A stretch of 64,000 bases of DNA from assembly GCA_963696385.1 (NCBI GenBank), contig CAVOKF010000001.1:256001-320000 (forward strand). Reading direction: 5' to 3'. This DNA is from an uncultured delta proteobacterium. Its GTDB lineage: Bacteria > Myxococcota_A > Polyangia > Polyangiales > Polyangiaceae. The notes under the pieces were generated by a model. The model did no database searches. It saw only the letters and a program-made list of their open reading frames with translations, and was not told the origin of the DNA. Every line of letters starts with the position of its first letter. The stretch's first letter is position 1. Both the position numbers and the translations under genes were made by a program. Positions 39,905 through 52,441 of this stretch are shown here, one piece after another.

Positions 39905-41548
39905 CTACGCGATCCTCGGTCGGCTCGACTGGGTGATGAGCCAGGACGCCTGCCCGCGCGTGAGGCCGTTGGGGTTCGGGATTCGGCGCCGGCGGAGCAG
40001 CTCGAGCTGCTTTTCGGTCGGCTTCTGACCTCGCCAATGGGCATCGAGCGTCAGCAACGAAACCATCTTCGCTCGATCGCGTGCGACGACCGCGTCGACG
40101 GCCCCGACGGCCGACGCGAGGTCTGCCATCGGCGGGGGCATCCGAGCGGCCGCTCGCGGGTTCATGAGCGTTGCGTCCCATCGCCCGAGGGCATCCTCGC
40201 GAAGAGTGATCCACTCGCCGTCCGCCAGGTTCAGCCGATACCCGCCGTCGGGCGTCCCGCACCAAGCGAACCGCGTAAACGCGGCGATTTCGGAAGGGGG
40301 CTCGAAGCGGAACAGGTCCACGCGCTCCGCAACATGATCGAGATCTTCGGCGCGCTCGACTCGGCCGAGGTCCACCCACGGCATAGCCTCGCTCAGGCGG
40401 TCGAGCGCGTCGACCGTCTCAATCGCGCCGTGACCGCCCAGATCCAGCGATTCGGGCAAGTCGAACAAGGCGTTTAGGCCGGCGAGTTTGTGGCGGGCAC
40501 TGTTGTCCGCGATGTCGATCACGACCACGTCGCTCTTGGTGTCGTGGAGCCGCGTGCCGCGGCCGACCATCTGCGCGTAAAGCAACTGCGAGTGCGTCGG
40601 CCGGGCCATGATGACGCAGTCCACGCGCGGCTCGTCGAAGCCCTCGGTCAGGACGTTGCAGTTCGTGAGCACGTCGAGACGCCCTTCGCGAAAGCGTCGG
40701 AGAGCGTCCTGGCGATCTTCGCCCGGCATGGCTCCCCAGACCGGCGCCGCGTGAACCTGCGCGTCCTCGAACGCGGCAGCAAGGGCTTTCACATGCGCGA
40801 CGTTGACGCAGAACACGATGGCACGCCGCCCGGCTGCGATCTGCCGATAGGCCCCCACCACGAGGCCGTTTCGCTCCGGCACGTCCACGGCGCGTGCGAG
40901 GTCCGACTCGACGAAGTCGCCGTGCCGGACCCGCACGCCGCCAAGGTCGACCGACGAGCTCACTCGCCAACCGCGGACCGTGCAGAGGTAGCCCGATCGC
41001 ACCATGTCCGGCAGGCTCTTCGCGTAGGCGATCTCCTCGAAGACCTCGGCGAGCGTCAACTTGTCGCCCCGCCGGGCCGTGGCCGTGAACCCGACGAGCA
41101 GCCGCTTCGTGCCCTCGGCGAAAAGGCCGAAGTGATCGAAGACACGCCGGTAGGACGGCGCAACCGCATGGTGCGCCTCGTCGACCACGACGACGTAGAA
41201 CTGCTCGGGGTCGAGCCGCTGAAGTCGCCGGCTCTCTTGGCGACCGACCGTCGGGACCGAAGCGAGGACCACCCGCGCATCCGAGGGTGCGCTCCGCCCG
41301 CCCTGTTCGATGCCGACGCTTAGCTCGGGGGCCACCGCGTGGAACTTGGCCGCGGCCTGGTCCAGCAACTCCTGGCGATGGGCGAGCACGAGCATGCGCT
41401 TTTTCATCGCCAGAAACTCGGGCATCTTCGCGAAGATGACCGTCTTGCCCGTGCCCGTCGGTAGCGACACGAGCAGGCGGCGCCGGCCCTGTTTGTAGCG
41501 GATGAGAATGCGCTCCAAACATTCGCGCTGGTACGGGCGGAGGTTCAT
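39905..41548 (-). CDS. SF2 DEAD/DEAH-box helicase (Irc3/ResIII-like)
   Basis: LRPYQ, LPTGTGKT, DEAHH, FTAT, LTEGFD, QMVGRGTR. Confidence 0.92.
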   Translation of the reverse strand: MNLRPYQRECLERILIRYKQGRRRLLVSLPTGTGKTVIFAKMPEFLAMKKRMLVLAHRQELLDQAAAKFHAVAPELSVGIEQGGRSAPSDARVVLASVPTVGRQESRRLQRLDPEQFYVVVVDEAHHAVAPSYRRVFDHFGLFAEGTKRLLVGFTATARRGDKLTLAEVFEEIAYAKSLPDMVRSGYLCTVRGWRVSSSVDLGGVRVRHGDFVESDLARAVDVPERNGLVVGAYRQIAAGRRAIVFCVNVAHVKALAAAFEDAQVHAAPVWGAMPGEDRQDALRRFREGRLDVLTNCNVLTEGFDEPRVDCVIMARPTHSQLLYAQMVGRGTRLHDTKSDVVVIDIADNSARHKLAGLNALFDLPESLDLGGHGAIETVDALDRLSEAMPWVDLGRVERAEDLDHVAERVDLFRFEPPSEIAAFTRFAWCGTPDGGYRLNLADGEWITLREDALGRWDATLMNPRAAARMPPPMADLASAVGAVDAVVARDRAKMVSLLTLDAHWRGQKPTEKQLELLRRRRIPNPNGLTRGQASWLITQSSRPRIA

Positions 41549-41619
41549 GGTTGGGCAGTTTGCCAACGGCCGGCCGCCGCGTCGCCGCGCTCGGTTCGAC
41601 GGGGACCGGAACGCGCCCG

Positions 41620-42249
41620 CTAGATCGCCACGTGAAGGGCCTGGACTGCGCTCCGGAATAGGGGCATCGCCTCGCACCGCTCGCAGTGAGCCCTCAAGGC
41701 CGGGCGCGCTCGGGTGCTCCCCAGATCGGGATGGGCTTCGCCAACGAAGCGCACCGCACAAGCGATCGCAATATCGGCGTGCGACAGCGTACCGAACCAG
41801 AACGGCGCCGTCGCGGCTTCGCGCTCCATCTCTAGAAGGTCGAGGGTGGCCTGAATTTGGGCCGTGCAACGGTCCATCCAAACGTCGCTGCGGTGCTCCG
41901 GCTGGCGAAGGACCCGCTCGTAGAGCAAACTCACAGCCTTGTCGGCCAGCCCGGTGGAAAGAGCACAGATGCGGAGTCCTGCACGCCGCACTGCCCCGGT
42001 TCGCGGCAAGAGAAGGCGCTCTTCGGGAACCCCATCATCGAGAGCGTCGAGAATGGCGGCGCTCTCTACGATCCTTTCGCCGTCGTCCAGCACGAGGACA
42101 GGGACCCGAAGCAGAGGGTTGTAGTGTGCAATTTCAGCGGCCTGCCCCCAGACCGACCAGGGCCGGTGTTCATACGCCATCCCGTAGTGGTGCAGGGCCA
42201 GGGCCACGCGCCGGACGAACGGCGAATCAAATTGCCCAATGAGCAGCAT
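41620..42249 (-). CDS. glutathione S-transferase
   Basis: LIGQFDSPFVRR, NPLLRVPVL, ESAAIL, SHADIA. Confidence 0.9.
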   Translation of the reverse strand: MLLIGQFDSPFVRRVALALHHYGMAYEHRPWSVWGQAAEIAHYNPLLRVPVLVLDDGERIVESAAILDALDDGVPEERLLLPRTGAVRRAGLRICALSTGLADKAVSLLYERVLRQPEHRSDVWMDRCTAQIQATLDLLEMEREAATAPFWFGTLSHADIAIACAVRFVGEAHPDLGSTRARPALRAHCERCEAMPLFRSAVQALHVAI

Positions 42250-42307
42250 GACCGTTCGAGTAGCGTTGGCCCGGGCAGGCGGCAACGACGCGCGACTCGC
42301 ATTTCTC

Positions 42308-42504
42308 ATGAGCCAGGCCGAGAAGTACACGTACGGGGTTCAGGGGTCGGAACAAGACGGCGAGTTCATCGGCCTCTGCGCGGAGTTCCTGTCCTGGCTC
42401 GCCAAGAAGGATGATGAGGCGTTCGCAGGAATCAAGAAGCTCGTGCGCGAAGTCGCCGGGGACGTGGTGGGCAACAAGGAGCCGCTCCCCGTTGGGACGG
42501 CGCC

Positions 42505-42532
<28 letters not shown>
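42308..42532 (+). pseudogene. HicB-family antitoxin remnant (truncated, orphan)
   Basis: KYTYGVQGSEQDGEFIGLCAEF-LSWLA...EAFAGIKKLV...EPLP; no C-terminal DNA-binding domain; runs into the convergent HK. Confidence 0.6.
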
Positions 42533-44406
<1,874 letters not shown>

Positions 44407-44612
44407 GACGAGATCCGAAAAGAAACTGGCCTGACGGTATGCGAAAGCTGCCGCGGTTGCACGCGCAGAGCCGTCGCAACCCGTGTCGCGCCGGTCGGGC
44501 GTGCAGGGAGGCAGGTTGCGAGTTGGATCACCGCGCCCATGCCGGTTCATCCAGACGGAATGGCCTGATTCTCCCTGCTTGTTCGCAACCCGGATATACT
44601 GGTTCGGGCCCC

Positions 44613-45386
44613 TTGAGCCAGCCGTCCTTGCCCCCGCACCCGGATCCGCCGCGGCCGCTGGTTTCGTCGCAACGGGATCCTGGGCGTCCGCTCCCTGTCC
44701 GATCCACCAGGGCGGCCGACGGCTGGAAACCGTGGGTGACCTACGGTCTCATCGCTGCAAACGTGATGATGTTCGCGCTCGAGGTCGCCCAGACGGAAAG
44801 CCTCGGCGGACCCTCGTCCCAGCAAATGATCGCGCTCGGCGGCAACTTCGGCCCGCTCACCCGCAACGGCGAGGCGTGGCGCCTGGTGACGGCTATGTTC
44901 CTGCACTACGGGGTGATCCACGTCGGGATGAATATGGTGTGCCTGTATCAGATCGGCGTCGTCGAGCGCATGCTGGGTCGCGCGGAGTTTCTCGCCCTCT
45001 ACTTCGCGGCGGGTCTCGTGGGGGGCCTCGCCAGCGTAGCGACGCACCCCCACGCCGTGTCCGCCGGCGCATCGGGCGCGGTCTTCGGGATGTTTGGCGC
45101 CTTCACCGCCGTGATGGTCGTCCGCCGCAGCCAGATCGACCCGGGAGCCTGGCAACGTACGATGCGAAGCTTGGGCGCGTTCTTTGCGCTCAACTTGATG
45201 TTCGGGTTGACCCAGAGAAGCATCGACCTGAGCGCTCACTTCGGCGGGCTCGCGGTTGGATTCGTGGGGGCCTTCGTCCTGGCGAAGACGGCAAGCCCCT
45301 CGGCGAGGCCGATGTGGCGAGCGCTCGCCGTCGCCCTCGCGGGCCTCGGGACCGCGTTCGGAGGCCTGTACGCGTTACCGCGCTGA
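44613..45386 (+). CDS. rhomboid-family intramembrane serine protease (start uncertain)
   Basis: WRLVTAMFLH, HVGMN, GASGAVFG, AHFGG. Confidence 0.9.
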   Translation: MSQPSLPPHPDPPRPLVSSQRDPGRPLPVRSTRAADGWKPWVTYGLIAANVMMFALEVAQTESLGGPSSQQMIALGGNFGPLTRNGEAWRLVTAMFLHYGVIHVGMNMVCLYQIGVVERMLGRAEFLALYFAAGLVGGLASVATHPHAVSAGASGAVFGMFGAFTAVMVVRRSQIDPGAWQRTMRSLGAFFALNLMFGLTQRSIDLSAHFGGLAVGFVGAFVLAKTASPSARPMWRALAVALAGLGTAFGGLYALPR

Positions 45387-45887
45387 GTCGGCGGGCGAAT
45401 CGATGCCATGTTGCCCGCTGCGCCGCGAAGAGGGCCGATCGACGAAGAAGCCAGCGAGACGGCGCGCTCGCGTAAAATGCCCTTCGGGCGCTTGGGGCGT
45501 TCGTTGTCACGGCAAGCGAGGTGCCCACTGGCTCCAGGCGCCGTGGATGAGGGTTTCCGTGTGCGAAGGAAGGAAAGAGGGAGTCTCAGGTGCGTCGCGG
45601 CGAACGCGATCCGTCCGATTTCGTGAGCCCCGCTGGCTCATTCGTGGCACGTAATGTCCCTCCGGCTCGGGCGAGGTGCATCGGTGTCGGCCAAAAGCCC
45701 GCGGGATGCTTGAAGCTAGCGTCAGCCCGTCACGGCCATGACGATGATGACGGCGACGGCGCTCACGGGGTAGGACGGTGGCGCCTCGGCTCCTCCGCCG
45801 GACGCGGAGAATGGAAGGAACGACGCTTTGCCCCTGAATTTCTCGAGCCGAACGAGTCCCGTTCGACGATTGCGCTAGGCTAGAGCC

Positions 45888-47880
45888 ATGCGTTCATCGG
45901 TCTCGTTTCTTTTTCTCGGCACGCTTGCGTTTGCTGCGGCTGCAGCACTCGCTCCGGCGTGCGCGCAGAGCGGACGCATGTTCGGCGGAACGTCAAGCTC
46001 CGGAGGGAGCGCTTCCACGACGCCGGGCACCACGTCGATCGACGCGGGGGTCGGCGTGCCGTCGATGGATGCCGGGGCTTGCGCGCCCACGGCTCCGCCC
46101 GTGCTTGGGGTCTCGGCCTTCAACGGCGCGTGCGCATCCGCGGGCCCGACGGTCGACTTTTCGCTGATGCGTCGCATTTCGCGCATCGAGTACGACAACA
46201 TGGTTCGCGACTTGCTGGGCGACACGACCCGTCCGGCCACGACGACCTTCGTGCTGGAGAGCCCGATGGCCACCGGCGTGAACTTGCAGACGAACACGTA
46301 CGCGCCGATCAGCGAACTCATGGCTCAGCAGTACCTTTCGGCCGCCGAAACGCTTGCAGAGACCGCGGTCGCCAGCAGCAGCGGGGGCGACGGCGACGCC
46401 AGCGGCCCGAGCAATCTCACCAATGTCTACAACCTGAATGGCATCGCCGCTTGTCCTGCACAGAACGACGCCTGCGCGCAGCAGTTCATCAGCGCGTTCG
46501 CAAACCGGGCCTTCCGTGGACATCTCGATTCGGACGAATCGACTGCGCTCTTCAACATCTATTCGAACATCGCGGATGCCCCCAACGACCTCGGTTTTGT
46601 GACGGGCATTCAGGCGGTCATCACCGCCGTCCTCTCCTCCCCCTATTTCCTTTACGTGATCGAGCTCGGAGACGGCTCGACGCCGACCGGCAATTCGATG
46701 CCGCTGTCGCAGAACGAGATTGCCGCCCGGCTCTCCTTCTTTCTGTGGCGCACCCTTCCGGACGCGACGCTCATGAGCGCGGCCGCTTCGGGGGCGCTGT
46801 CGACTCCCGCTCGAAATTCAGGCGCAAGCGCAGCGGATGTTGGCCGATCCGAAGGCTCTCGACGCCATCAACGACTTCACGACGCAGTGGCTCGAGATTG
46901 CATCCCCCCCCTCCGGCAAGGACGTGATCTTCACGAACTGGGCCAAGTACCCCACGATCGGTCAGGAGATGCAGGACGAGACGCGCACCAACGTGTCGCA
47001 GCTCATCTTGACGGAGAACGGCGGCCTGACGGAGCTTCTCACGTCGCCCTCCTCGTACGTGAACGCAGACCTCGCCGCGTTCTACGGCCCCGTCAGCCTG
47101 GGGTCGGGACCCGCCGTTACGGTCAACGACTCGGCCCTCACCATGTCGGGGCAGAATCAATATTACGAGACCACGCTCCCCAATCGAGAGGGGATCTTGA
47201 CCAACGGCAGCATTCTCGCCGGCAACTCGCACTCGCTTCTGCCCTCGGTGGTGCTCCGCGGAAAGATGATTCGCGAAGACATCCTTTGCGATCCGGTCGG
47301 GGACCCACCCCCGAATGTTCCAGCGCTCCCGGCCGCCGTCCCCGATGGGGGCACCACCCGGCAACTCTTCCAGGCGCACACGGACATCGGGGGAGCGAAT
47401 GGCAGTTGCTATGCATGCCACCATTACATGGATTTCATCGGTTTCGGTTTAGGCAATTACGACGCGACGGGTGCCTATCAAGCCTTGGATGAGAACGGGG
47501 CGACTTCGGGCCCGGCCCTCGACGTGACGGGGCAGATTTTCCCTTGCAGTACGCCCGGCACAGGATGCCCCCCCGCGCAGCCGAACGAACTCAATGCCAC
47601 CTTCAACGGCGCGACCGGTTCGGGGGGCTTGATCGAGACGCTGGCCGGCTCTACGCAGGTGAACGAGTGCTTCGCCCTTCAGGCGTTCCGGTACTCGCTG
47701 GGTCGGCTCGAGACGGCGGACGACGCCTGCTCCATGCAGCAGTTTTACAGCGCCTTCACAGGGAGCAGTTTGAACATCCAAAAGCTTCTCTTGGCGATCG
47801 TGGGTAGCGACGCCTTCAGTCACCGTTCGGTCATCGGCGCGGCCTGCGAAGCAGCGGATGCTGGGAGTTCATGTCCATGA
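45888..47880 (+). CDS. DUF1592/DUF1588-type multi-domain lipoprotein with CxxCH, split by a +1 indel at ~46808
   Basis: RRISRIEYDNMVRDLLG, LSSPYFLY, ARLSFFLW; after the shift EIQAQAQRMLADP, VLRGKMIRE, CYACH. Confidence 0.8.
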
Positions 47881-49502
47881 GTCGGCACCTTGCAGAGCGT
47901 CGGCGCTTTCTCAAGCTCGTTGGCGCGAGCGCACTGACGTATCCGTTTTTGCGCGGCGTTCCGAGTTATGCGGCAGGGGACGCCTCCAGCGACCCCATGT
48001 ACCTTGTCCTTCTTTACACGTCCTGCGGGTGCGTTCGGCCGCTGTGGGGGGCCTATGGCCCGCCGGCGACCGGGACGTCGGCGGCTGTGACCCCGCTAAG
48101 CTCGACGGCGACTGCGGGATCGCCGGGCACATTCCGACCTACCTTGTCTGCCTTCACGCAGGCCGGCGTGAATAAAGTCGATCTGACGAGTCAGGTGATC
48201 GTCCTGGACGGTCTCGACAACGCAGCGGCCAATGGCGGAACCCACGAAGCGGGCATGGCGTCTCTTTGGACCGGCGCGACCTGCCCGGATGGCCAGCACG
48301 CGAGCAACTGGAGCATCGACCAAGCGATTTCTCAAGCGCTAATCGCGAGCGGCGTGAACACCGCCCATCCGACCATTCCCCTCTACGCGGTGAGCGCATG
48401 CGACGAGCAATCGCGTGACGTCCACACCCGTATGCTCTATGGCCCACCCGCCGGCGGCATTTCCAACTATATCGATCCGATCACGACGCCTTCCGCCGCG
48501 ATGAACGCGTACTTCCCTACCTCCGTTAAGACGATGGGGACCGACCCCAAACCCCTCATTCGTGCGCAGGTACAGGCTCAGGTCAATTCGGAGTTGAGGT
48601 CGTTGGCGACGCGAGTGTGCACCGAGGATCGCAACCAGCTTATGTCCCTGCAGAGCATGTGGAACGAAGCCGTAACCCAGGTTTCCAATTCCGCGGCGGC
48701 CGCAGCGGCGTGCCAACAACCGACGATCGGCCCACAACCGGCCGGGGATCCTTTCGGCGGGACGAACACCTGCGGGACGAACGATCCCTTCCTCAACAAC
48801 ATCAGCGCGATGTCGAACATCCTCGCCATGTCGCTCGCGTGCGACCTCACGCGGGTGGCGAGTCTTCAGCTTTCGCAAGCGCTGAGCCCTACCATCCATA
48901 GTTGGCTCAGCACCACGCAGAACCCCCAGACTCAGACTCACCACTCGTATTCCCATCAGGGGCCGACGTCCTACTACGGGCTCATCCCCGGCGGGGATTA
49001 CGACGTCGCGGATCCGCTTTACGCGGCGGCGCCATCCACGGCAAACAACCTTTATACCCCCCAGCTTTGTGCGATTGACGCCTTTTATGCGCAGCAAGTC
49101 GCTGCGTTCGCCTACTCGCTCAGTCAGCTCCAGACCAAGACCGGAAAGAACCTGCTGGATCAGACCGTGATTTGCTGGGGGAGCGAGCTCGATATGGGCG
49201 CGTACCACAACCACGATGATACGCCGTTCGTGCTGATCGGAGGCAAGAACAGCGGCGTGCTCAAGACGGGTCAGCTCGTGCGCTTTCCGCTCAACCTGCA
49301 GGGGCAGTATTCGACTCCGGGCAATCGCCCTCCGCTGAACAATCGCTTCCACAACGACCTGCTCGTCACGCTCGCTCAGATCATGGGCGTCGGCGACACG
49401 ATATCGACGTTTGGAGCGACGAGCGTACCGGGGACGAACTTTTCGTCGTCCACGCCGCTTACGCTGAACCAGGGCGTGATCGCGGAGATTTTGGCTACCT
49501 GA
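47877..49502 (+). CDS. DUF1552-domain protein (Tat-exported)
   Basis: RRRFLK Tat motif; SIDQAI, ACDLTRVASL, HNDLLVTL; ATGA overlap with the upstream gene. Confidence 0.8.
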   Translation: MSRHLAERRRFLKLVGASALTYPFLRGVPSYAAGDASSDPMYLVLLYTSCGCVRPLWGAYGPPATGTSAAVTPLSSTATAGSPGTFRPTLSAFTQAGVNKVDLTSQVIVLDGLDNAAANGGTHEAGMASLWTGATCPDGQHASNWSIDQAISQALIASGVNTAHPTIPLYAVSACDEQSRDVHTRMLYGPPAGGISNYIDPITTPSAAMNAYFPTSVKTMGTDPKPLIRAQVQAQVNSELRSLATRVCTEDRNQLMSLQSMWNEAVTQVSNSAAAAAACQQPTIGPQPAGDPFGGTNTCGTNDPFLNNISAMSNILAMSLACDLTRVASLQLSQALSPTIHSWLSTTQNPQTQTHHSYSHQGPTSYYGLIPGGDYDVADPLYAAAPSTANNLYTPQLCAIDAFYAQQVAAFAYSLSQLQTKTGKNLLDQTVICWGSELDMGAYHNHDDTPFVLIGGKNSGVLKTGQLVRFPLNLQGQYSTPGNRPPLNNRFHNDLLVTLAQIMGVGDTISTFGATSVPGTNFSSSTPLTLNQGVIAEILAT

Positions 49503-49505
49503 GCG

Positions 49506-50297
49506 TCAGGCAGAAGGCCGCAGGCGGTCCTTCAAGAAGGCGAGCACACGGTCGAGCGCCTCGCGGGTCGGGTGCCCGGGCCGATCGACGAGGTGCATCG
49601 TCAGGACCGAGTGCGACTTCGGGTCGATGCCGGCGGCGTTGCCCGGCGCCGAATCGATCTCGATCCCGATGAACGCGTCGCCCAGCTCGCGTCGCAGCGT
49701 CGCGAAGCGTTCCGCCGGGACGCCGCTGTCGTTCGTGAAACGGAGCCCCATCACGCAAAGCCCCTCGCGTGTGCGCTGCTGGATGCGCGCGAGGTCCGTG
49801 GCGTCGACGCCGACTGCGGCGCGCTTGCGCGCCGAGATGGGCGCAGGCAGGCCCGGCTGGCTCATCACGGACGCGAGGACGGACGGGTCGACCGCCATCG
49901 CAAGCGCGTAGCTGCCCGTGAAGCACATGCCTACCGCCCCCACGCCCGGGCCACCGCACTCGGCGTGCGCTCGTGTGGCGAGCGCGCGCAGCCACGAAGT
50001 GACGCGCGGCGCGCGATCGGCCAACAGCGTGAACTCGCGCGCCACGCAGACCTCGGCTATCGCGCGCATCACGGCGCCCGTCGTGAACGGCCGACCGGGT
50101 CGGCCGAAGAGGGAGGGCATGTAAACCGTGAATCCGGCGTCGACGAGCCGCTGGCCGAACTGCGTGACGAGCGGATGCAGCCCGGGCATCTCGTGAATGA
50201 CAATGACGGCGGGGCCCGAGCCGGCGCGATAGACGTCACGCGTCGTGCCGTCGTGCTGGAGGTTCAGGACCTCGAATCCGGGGACCTGGTCGGTCAT
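49506..50297 (-). CDS. dienelactone hydrolase family protein
   Basis: IHEMPG, GMCFTG, HSVLT. Confidence 0.88.
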   Translation of the reverse strand: MTDQVPGFEVLNLQHDGTTRDVYRAGSGPAVIVIHEMPGLHPLVTQFGQRLVDAGFTVYMPSLFGRPGRPFTTGAVMRAIAEVCVAREFTLLADRAPRVTSWLRALATRAHAECGGPGVGAVGMCFTGSYALAMAVDPSVLASVMSQPGLPAPISARKRAAVGVDATDLARIQQRTREGLCVMGLRFTNDSGVPAERFATLRRELGDAFIGIEIDSAPGNAAGIDPKSHSVLTMHLVDRPGHPTREALDRVLAFLKDRLRPSA

Positions 50298-50711
50298 GCG
50301 GCGCCCAGCCTACTGCTCGAGACGCCGCAGTTCGAGAGCCCCCTGGCTTCCGAGCCGACACGAGGCTCGGAGTGGCCCGGTGGCGCACCCGGATTCCGAC
50401 TCGTAGACCGTTGGCCGAATCGGTGGAAGACGGCGAAGGGCTCGGAGCGCTTGATCGGCGATGCTTCTCTCCCGACGTAGCAGCTGCGACCCCCTGCCTC
50501 GTCGTACGCTCGTCATTGGTCAGCCAAGAGACGGCCTTCGCTGTCTTGGGTACAGGGCAGGCCTGACGTGGTGGCACATGGCGACACACCTACTTGGACG
50601 AGACTCGTCAGCAGAGCGGGCGTAGGATGCGTGCCGACGGTGTTCCGGTGGCCGCAAACCCGTTCAACCGATTGCGCCGTCGTTGGCGTATTTTTTGCGT
50701 CAACACAGCCT

Positions 50712-51200
50712 ATGATTTACCGAAAGGCGCCGGTTGTCCCGCCCAAGCTTCTTCTTCGAATCGCAGCGGGGCTGGGATCGGGTGCTCTTCTCGGGTTCGG
50801 CGCCTGCAGTTCGTCGAACGCGGGCAACGACGAGCTTAGGGGAAGCGTTGCCAATATGGCCGACGATGCGTCGGTCGTCGACGGTGGCTGCTGCGGCAGC
50901 TCGAGTTCTACCCCCGCGGCACCCCCCCCGCCGGGCGTGCGGGACTACGATGCCGAATCCGAGGGGGAAGAGACAGGCGCGGACGCCACTTCGATGGTCA
51001 TGGTGACCGGCATCGCCGCTCTACCGGAAGACTCTGGCGCAAGCACCACGCAGGACGCGGACAACGACGGCGCCCTCAAAGAACCCGACGAAGACGCCTC
51101 AGCCGACTCGGGCAGGGACGGTACGGCGAGAGACGCCGCCCAAGACGGGTTTACCGGCTGTCCGGGCCTTTGCGGCATCGTAGTGAACCCCGAGGACTGA
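50712..51200 (+). CDS. exported acidic low-complexity peptide/lipoprotein, precursor-like
   Basis: MIYRKAP..KLLLRIAAGLGSGALLGFGAC; GCCG; C-term CPGLCGIVVNPED. Confidence 0.65.
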   Translation: MIYRKAPVVPPKLLLRIAAGLGSGALLGFGACSSSNAGNDELRGSVANMADDASVVDGGCCGSSSSTPAAPPPPGVRDYDAESEGEETGADATSMVMVTGIAALPEDSGASTTQDADNDGALKEPDEDASADSGRDGTARDAAQDGFTGCPGLCGIVVNPED

Positions 51201-51202
51201 CG

Positions 51203-52033
51203 GTGAAGGTTCCGTTCGAGCTCGAGTGGTTGGGCGGGACGGCGGAGCACCGCTTTCGCAAGGCTCGCCCCGGCGTCGAGGACTTGCCCTGGGGCTCGGT
51301 CAATCGTTCGAAGTATGCGCCCGAAGCGGTGAACCGAGCCCGCGCGTCGTGGACCGAAGTCGCAATCAACGAGTACCGAGCGGTCGCCTCGTTCGCGGAA
51401 GTGCTGCGGGCCCTCGTCGGTGTGAAGGCCCCGCTCAATCTCCTCGGCATGACCAGTGACTTTCTCGCCGACGAGTGCTCTCACGTGGAGCTCGCCAGCC
51501 GCATGGCGATGGAGCTCGGGGGCGCTGCGCCTCGCCTCGTGGACTTCGACCGTTTCACGGCCCAAGCACGCAACCAAACCGCCTTTCAGCACGCAAACGA
51601 ACTGGTTCTGCGCGTGGGCTGCATCGCCGAGGCGTTCAGTGGCGGAACGGCAAGCGTGAGCTACGAGGCGACGTCTCACGCGCTGCCGCGTGCGGTCTAC
51701 GAGACGATCTTGCGCGACGAGGCGCATCACAGGCGCCTCGGTGGGCTCTACTTCGAATGGGCATTGTCGCACATCGACGAGAGCGAATTGCGGCGCCTCG
51801 GGCAGGTGCTGCTTGTGTCGCTTCGCGCGCTCGCGCCGTTTTGGAAGTCGGGAGCGGCGCGCGGCGCCGCTCCGATGCCGTGGCCCGAAGAGGACCTTCA
51901 GGCCTTGGGCTGGCTGGGTGCGGGGCGGTTCGCGTCGGTGGCTCGGAACGTGGTCGTGCGCGACATCCTCGATCCGCTCGCGACGATCGGGATCGCCATT
52001 GCCGACGAAGATCGCGCCGAACTGCTGGCGTAG
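51203..52033 (+). CDS. ferritin-like diiron-carboxylate protein
   Basis: NEYRA...DECSH...CIAE...RDEAHH (E..ExxH..E..ExxH); GTG 2 nt after the upstream stop. Confidence 0.8.
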   Translation: MKVPFELEWLGGTAEHRFRKARPGVEDLPWGSVNRSKYAPEAVNRARASWTEVAINEYRAVASFAEVLRALVGVKAPLNLLGMTSDFLADECSHVELASRMAMELGGAAPRLVDFDRFTAQARNQTAFQHANELVLRVGCIAEAFSGGTASVSYEATSHALPRAVYETILRDEAHHRRLGGLYFEWALSHIDESELRRLGQVLLVSLRALAPFWKSGAARGAAPMPWPEEDLQALGWLGAGRFASVARNVVVRDILDPLATIGIAIADEDRAELLA

Positions 52034-52441
52034 TCGATTCTCGCCGCCAAAAGGGCCGAACCGCGGCGCGGCGGCGCGATCGACGCGCTGCCACGAGTCG
52101 GCGGGTTGCACCCCAGACGTGCACGGGCCGCGTGATGGCCCAATGAGAGTTTCGTCCTCACGGCTCTCTCGGCGGAGGAGGGCAGGCGTAGGGCCGCCCA
52201 CTTCCGCACGAGTCGATCACTTGCCTTGTGATCCCTCCGTCACCCGTTTCGCGAAACTTGATCGGAGCGTGACGGTTATGCCGGCCCGATTCGCTTTCGG
52301 CCGGCACGGTTCGATTCCATTGTCATCGCCATCGCAGGCCGTTTTCTTCTCGGCCCGCGCCGTGCTCGCCGGTTCGTTGAGCCGTTTGACGACTGGCGCG
52401 CGTCCGCTCGATGTCGTTCGCTCCATCGTCGCGGTGAAAAA

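Noticed and set aside
39905..41548. Helicase as a restriction or defence subunit
   Set aside because: No nuclease domain, methyltransferase or partner gene is evident. It looks like a standalone Irc3-like helicase.
52300..52325. tRNA-like GGTTCGATTCC
   Set aside because: No supporting T-stem or acceptor stem.
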